Shown here piece by piece: positions 63,132 to 64,000 of a stretch of 64,000 nucleotides of DNA. Made by a program: the position numbers and the translations under genes. Within the stretch, counting starts at the first letter, position 1, and each line of letters begins with the position of its first letter. The notes beneath the pieces are model-generated. The model did not search any database, had not been told where the DNA came from, and was given only the letters and a program-made list of their open reading frames with translations. This stretch comes from Planctomycetota bacterium (GTDB lineage: Bacteria; Planctomycetota; Phycisphaerae; Phycisphaerales; UBA1924), in assembly GCA_020831805.1 (NCBI GenBank), contig JAFIFX010000011.1, positions 4,648 through 68,647 on the forward strand. Reading direction: 5' to 3'.

Positions 63132-63683
63132 ATGCCCGTCCGCCCCGACCGACCGCTGGAACCGCCCCCCGGGCACCTCAAGACCCGGGAGGGGTTGCGT
63201 GCGGGCGGGGCGGTGCTCGCGTTGATCGGCGGGGTGTGCGTGGTGATCGCGTTCGTGGATTTCATCAGCGCGTTCGCAAGTTTCCAGTCGGCGGGGGCGC
63301 ATGGACGGGCGCCGACACTGTTCTGGCTGTTCTTTGTCGGGGCACCGCTGCTGGGCCTTGGGCTGGCCATGCTCAAGTTCGGGTACATGGGGGTGGTGGC
63401 GAAGTACGCCACGCGCGAGGGAGCGCCCGCGGCGGCGGAGGGGATCAACCGGGTGGGCATGGGCGCCCGGCCGGGGATCCGTGCGGCGGCGAGCGCGGCG
63501 GCCGCCGGGATGCGCGATGCGTCGGCATCCATGCCCTGCCCGGGCTGCGGCGAGCCGCAGGCGTCGGACGCGCGGTTCTGCAACGGCTGCGGGGCGGCGA
63601 TGGGGCCCGTGTGCGTGGCCTGCGGGGCGGCGGGCAGCGCGGGCGCACGCTTCTGCAATCAGTGCGGGGCGGGGCTGGGCTGA
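63132..63683 (+). CDS. Membrane protein with C-terminal double zinc ribbon
   Basis: ATG at 63132 with TATCCT 8 nt upstream (ORF opens at 63024). Two TM helices, then CPGCGEPQASDARFCNGCGAAMGPVCVACGAAGSAGARFCNQCG. Confidence 0.6.
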   Translation: MPVRPDRPLEPPPGHLKTREGLRAGGAVLALIGGVCVVIAFVDFISAFASFQSAGAHGRAPTLFWLFFVGAPLLGLGLAMLKFGYMGVVAKYATREGAPAAAEGINRVGMGARPGIRAAASAAAAGMRDASASMPCPGCGEPQASDARFCNGCGAAMGPVCVACGAAGSAGARFCNQCGAGLG

Positions 63684-64000
63684 GCGGCGTCGGGCTCCGG
63701 GCGTGCGATGGCCAGGCGTTCCGGCGGTGAATCCGGGGGCGTGAACGCGACCAGCCGCGAAGGGCCGTCGATCCGGACACGGAAGCCCTCGAGCACGCGA
63801 TAGCCGAGGAGGTTCTGCGCCTCGTTGATCGTTGCTGGAACGCCGGGGATGCTGGTCTGCCCGACGATCAGCCGCCCGTTGATCGGGGCCCCGAACACGA
63901 CGCGGGACGAGCGGTGCAGCCCCGCGTTGAAGTCCACGGGCCGGGCGGTGTCGGCGAGCGTGTGCATGCGGGTGGCGTCGGCGTCGAGCCGCAGGAAAGT
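63659..64000 (-). CDS. Partial third retropepsin-like paralog: 3' part only, no PDZ, degenerate second-lobe motif
   Basis: The frame is open to the window edge. ...FLRLDADAT..NLLGYRVLEGFRVRIDGPSRLVAF is collinear with lobe 2 of the two full paralogs, but the protein ends about 25 aa later. Confidence 0.5.
   Translation of the reverse strand, partial: TFLRLDADATRMHTLADTARPVDFNAGLHRSSRVVFGAPINGRLIVGQTSIPGVPATINEAQNLLGYRVLEGFRVRIDGPSRLVAFTPPDSPPERLAIARPEPDAAQPSPAPH

Overview
This is a high-G+C chromosomal segment (roughly 70% by eye). Gene content and the hairpin-repeat style suggest a Planctomycetota/Phycisphaerae-like bacterium, but that is inference and was not verified. I support about 50 protein-coding genes. 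I found no rRNA, tRNA, CRISPR array, transposase or integrase. Recognisable housekeeping genes are ruvX, dut, manC-like, ruvA, rpsA, trxA, folP, ftsK, an hldE-like gene, comM, pgpA, pgsA, nuoJKLMN and recQ. Signalling genes include an SBP plus hybrid histidine kinase pair, a Ser/Thr-kinase-like protein, a multi-PilZ protein and two PAS-LuxR regulators. Four features look most unusual. (1) A local expansion of membrane proteins carrying a CxxC-x-Y...CPEC zinc ribbon: 8 ribbons in 7 proteins, including three tandem ~430-440 aa paralogs at 21764-25977. (2) A tandem array of lipoproteins that each combine two retropepsin-like lobes with a PDZ domain (60332-64000). (3) A recurrent TAnnnT hexamer 5-8 nt upstream of 13 start codons, which suggests widespread leaderless transcription. 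Four of those genes are DNA-metabolism genes that share near-identical TA(C/T)CCTC(T)CCCC leaders. (4) Several families of dispersed hairpin (REP-like) repeats, plus a roughly 170-bp G/C-homopolymer tract that may be an assembly artifact. Many very long ORFs in the six-frame track are high-GC shadow frames and were not called. All functional calls rest on motifs read by eye, because no database search was possible.
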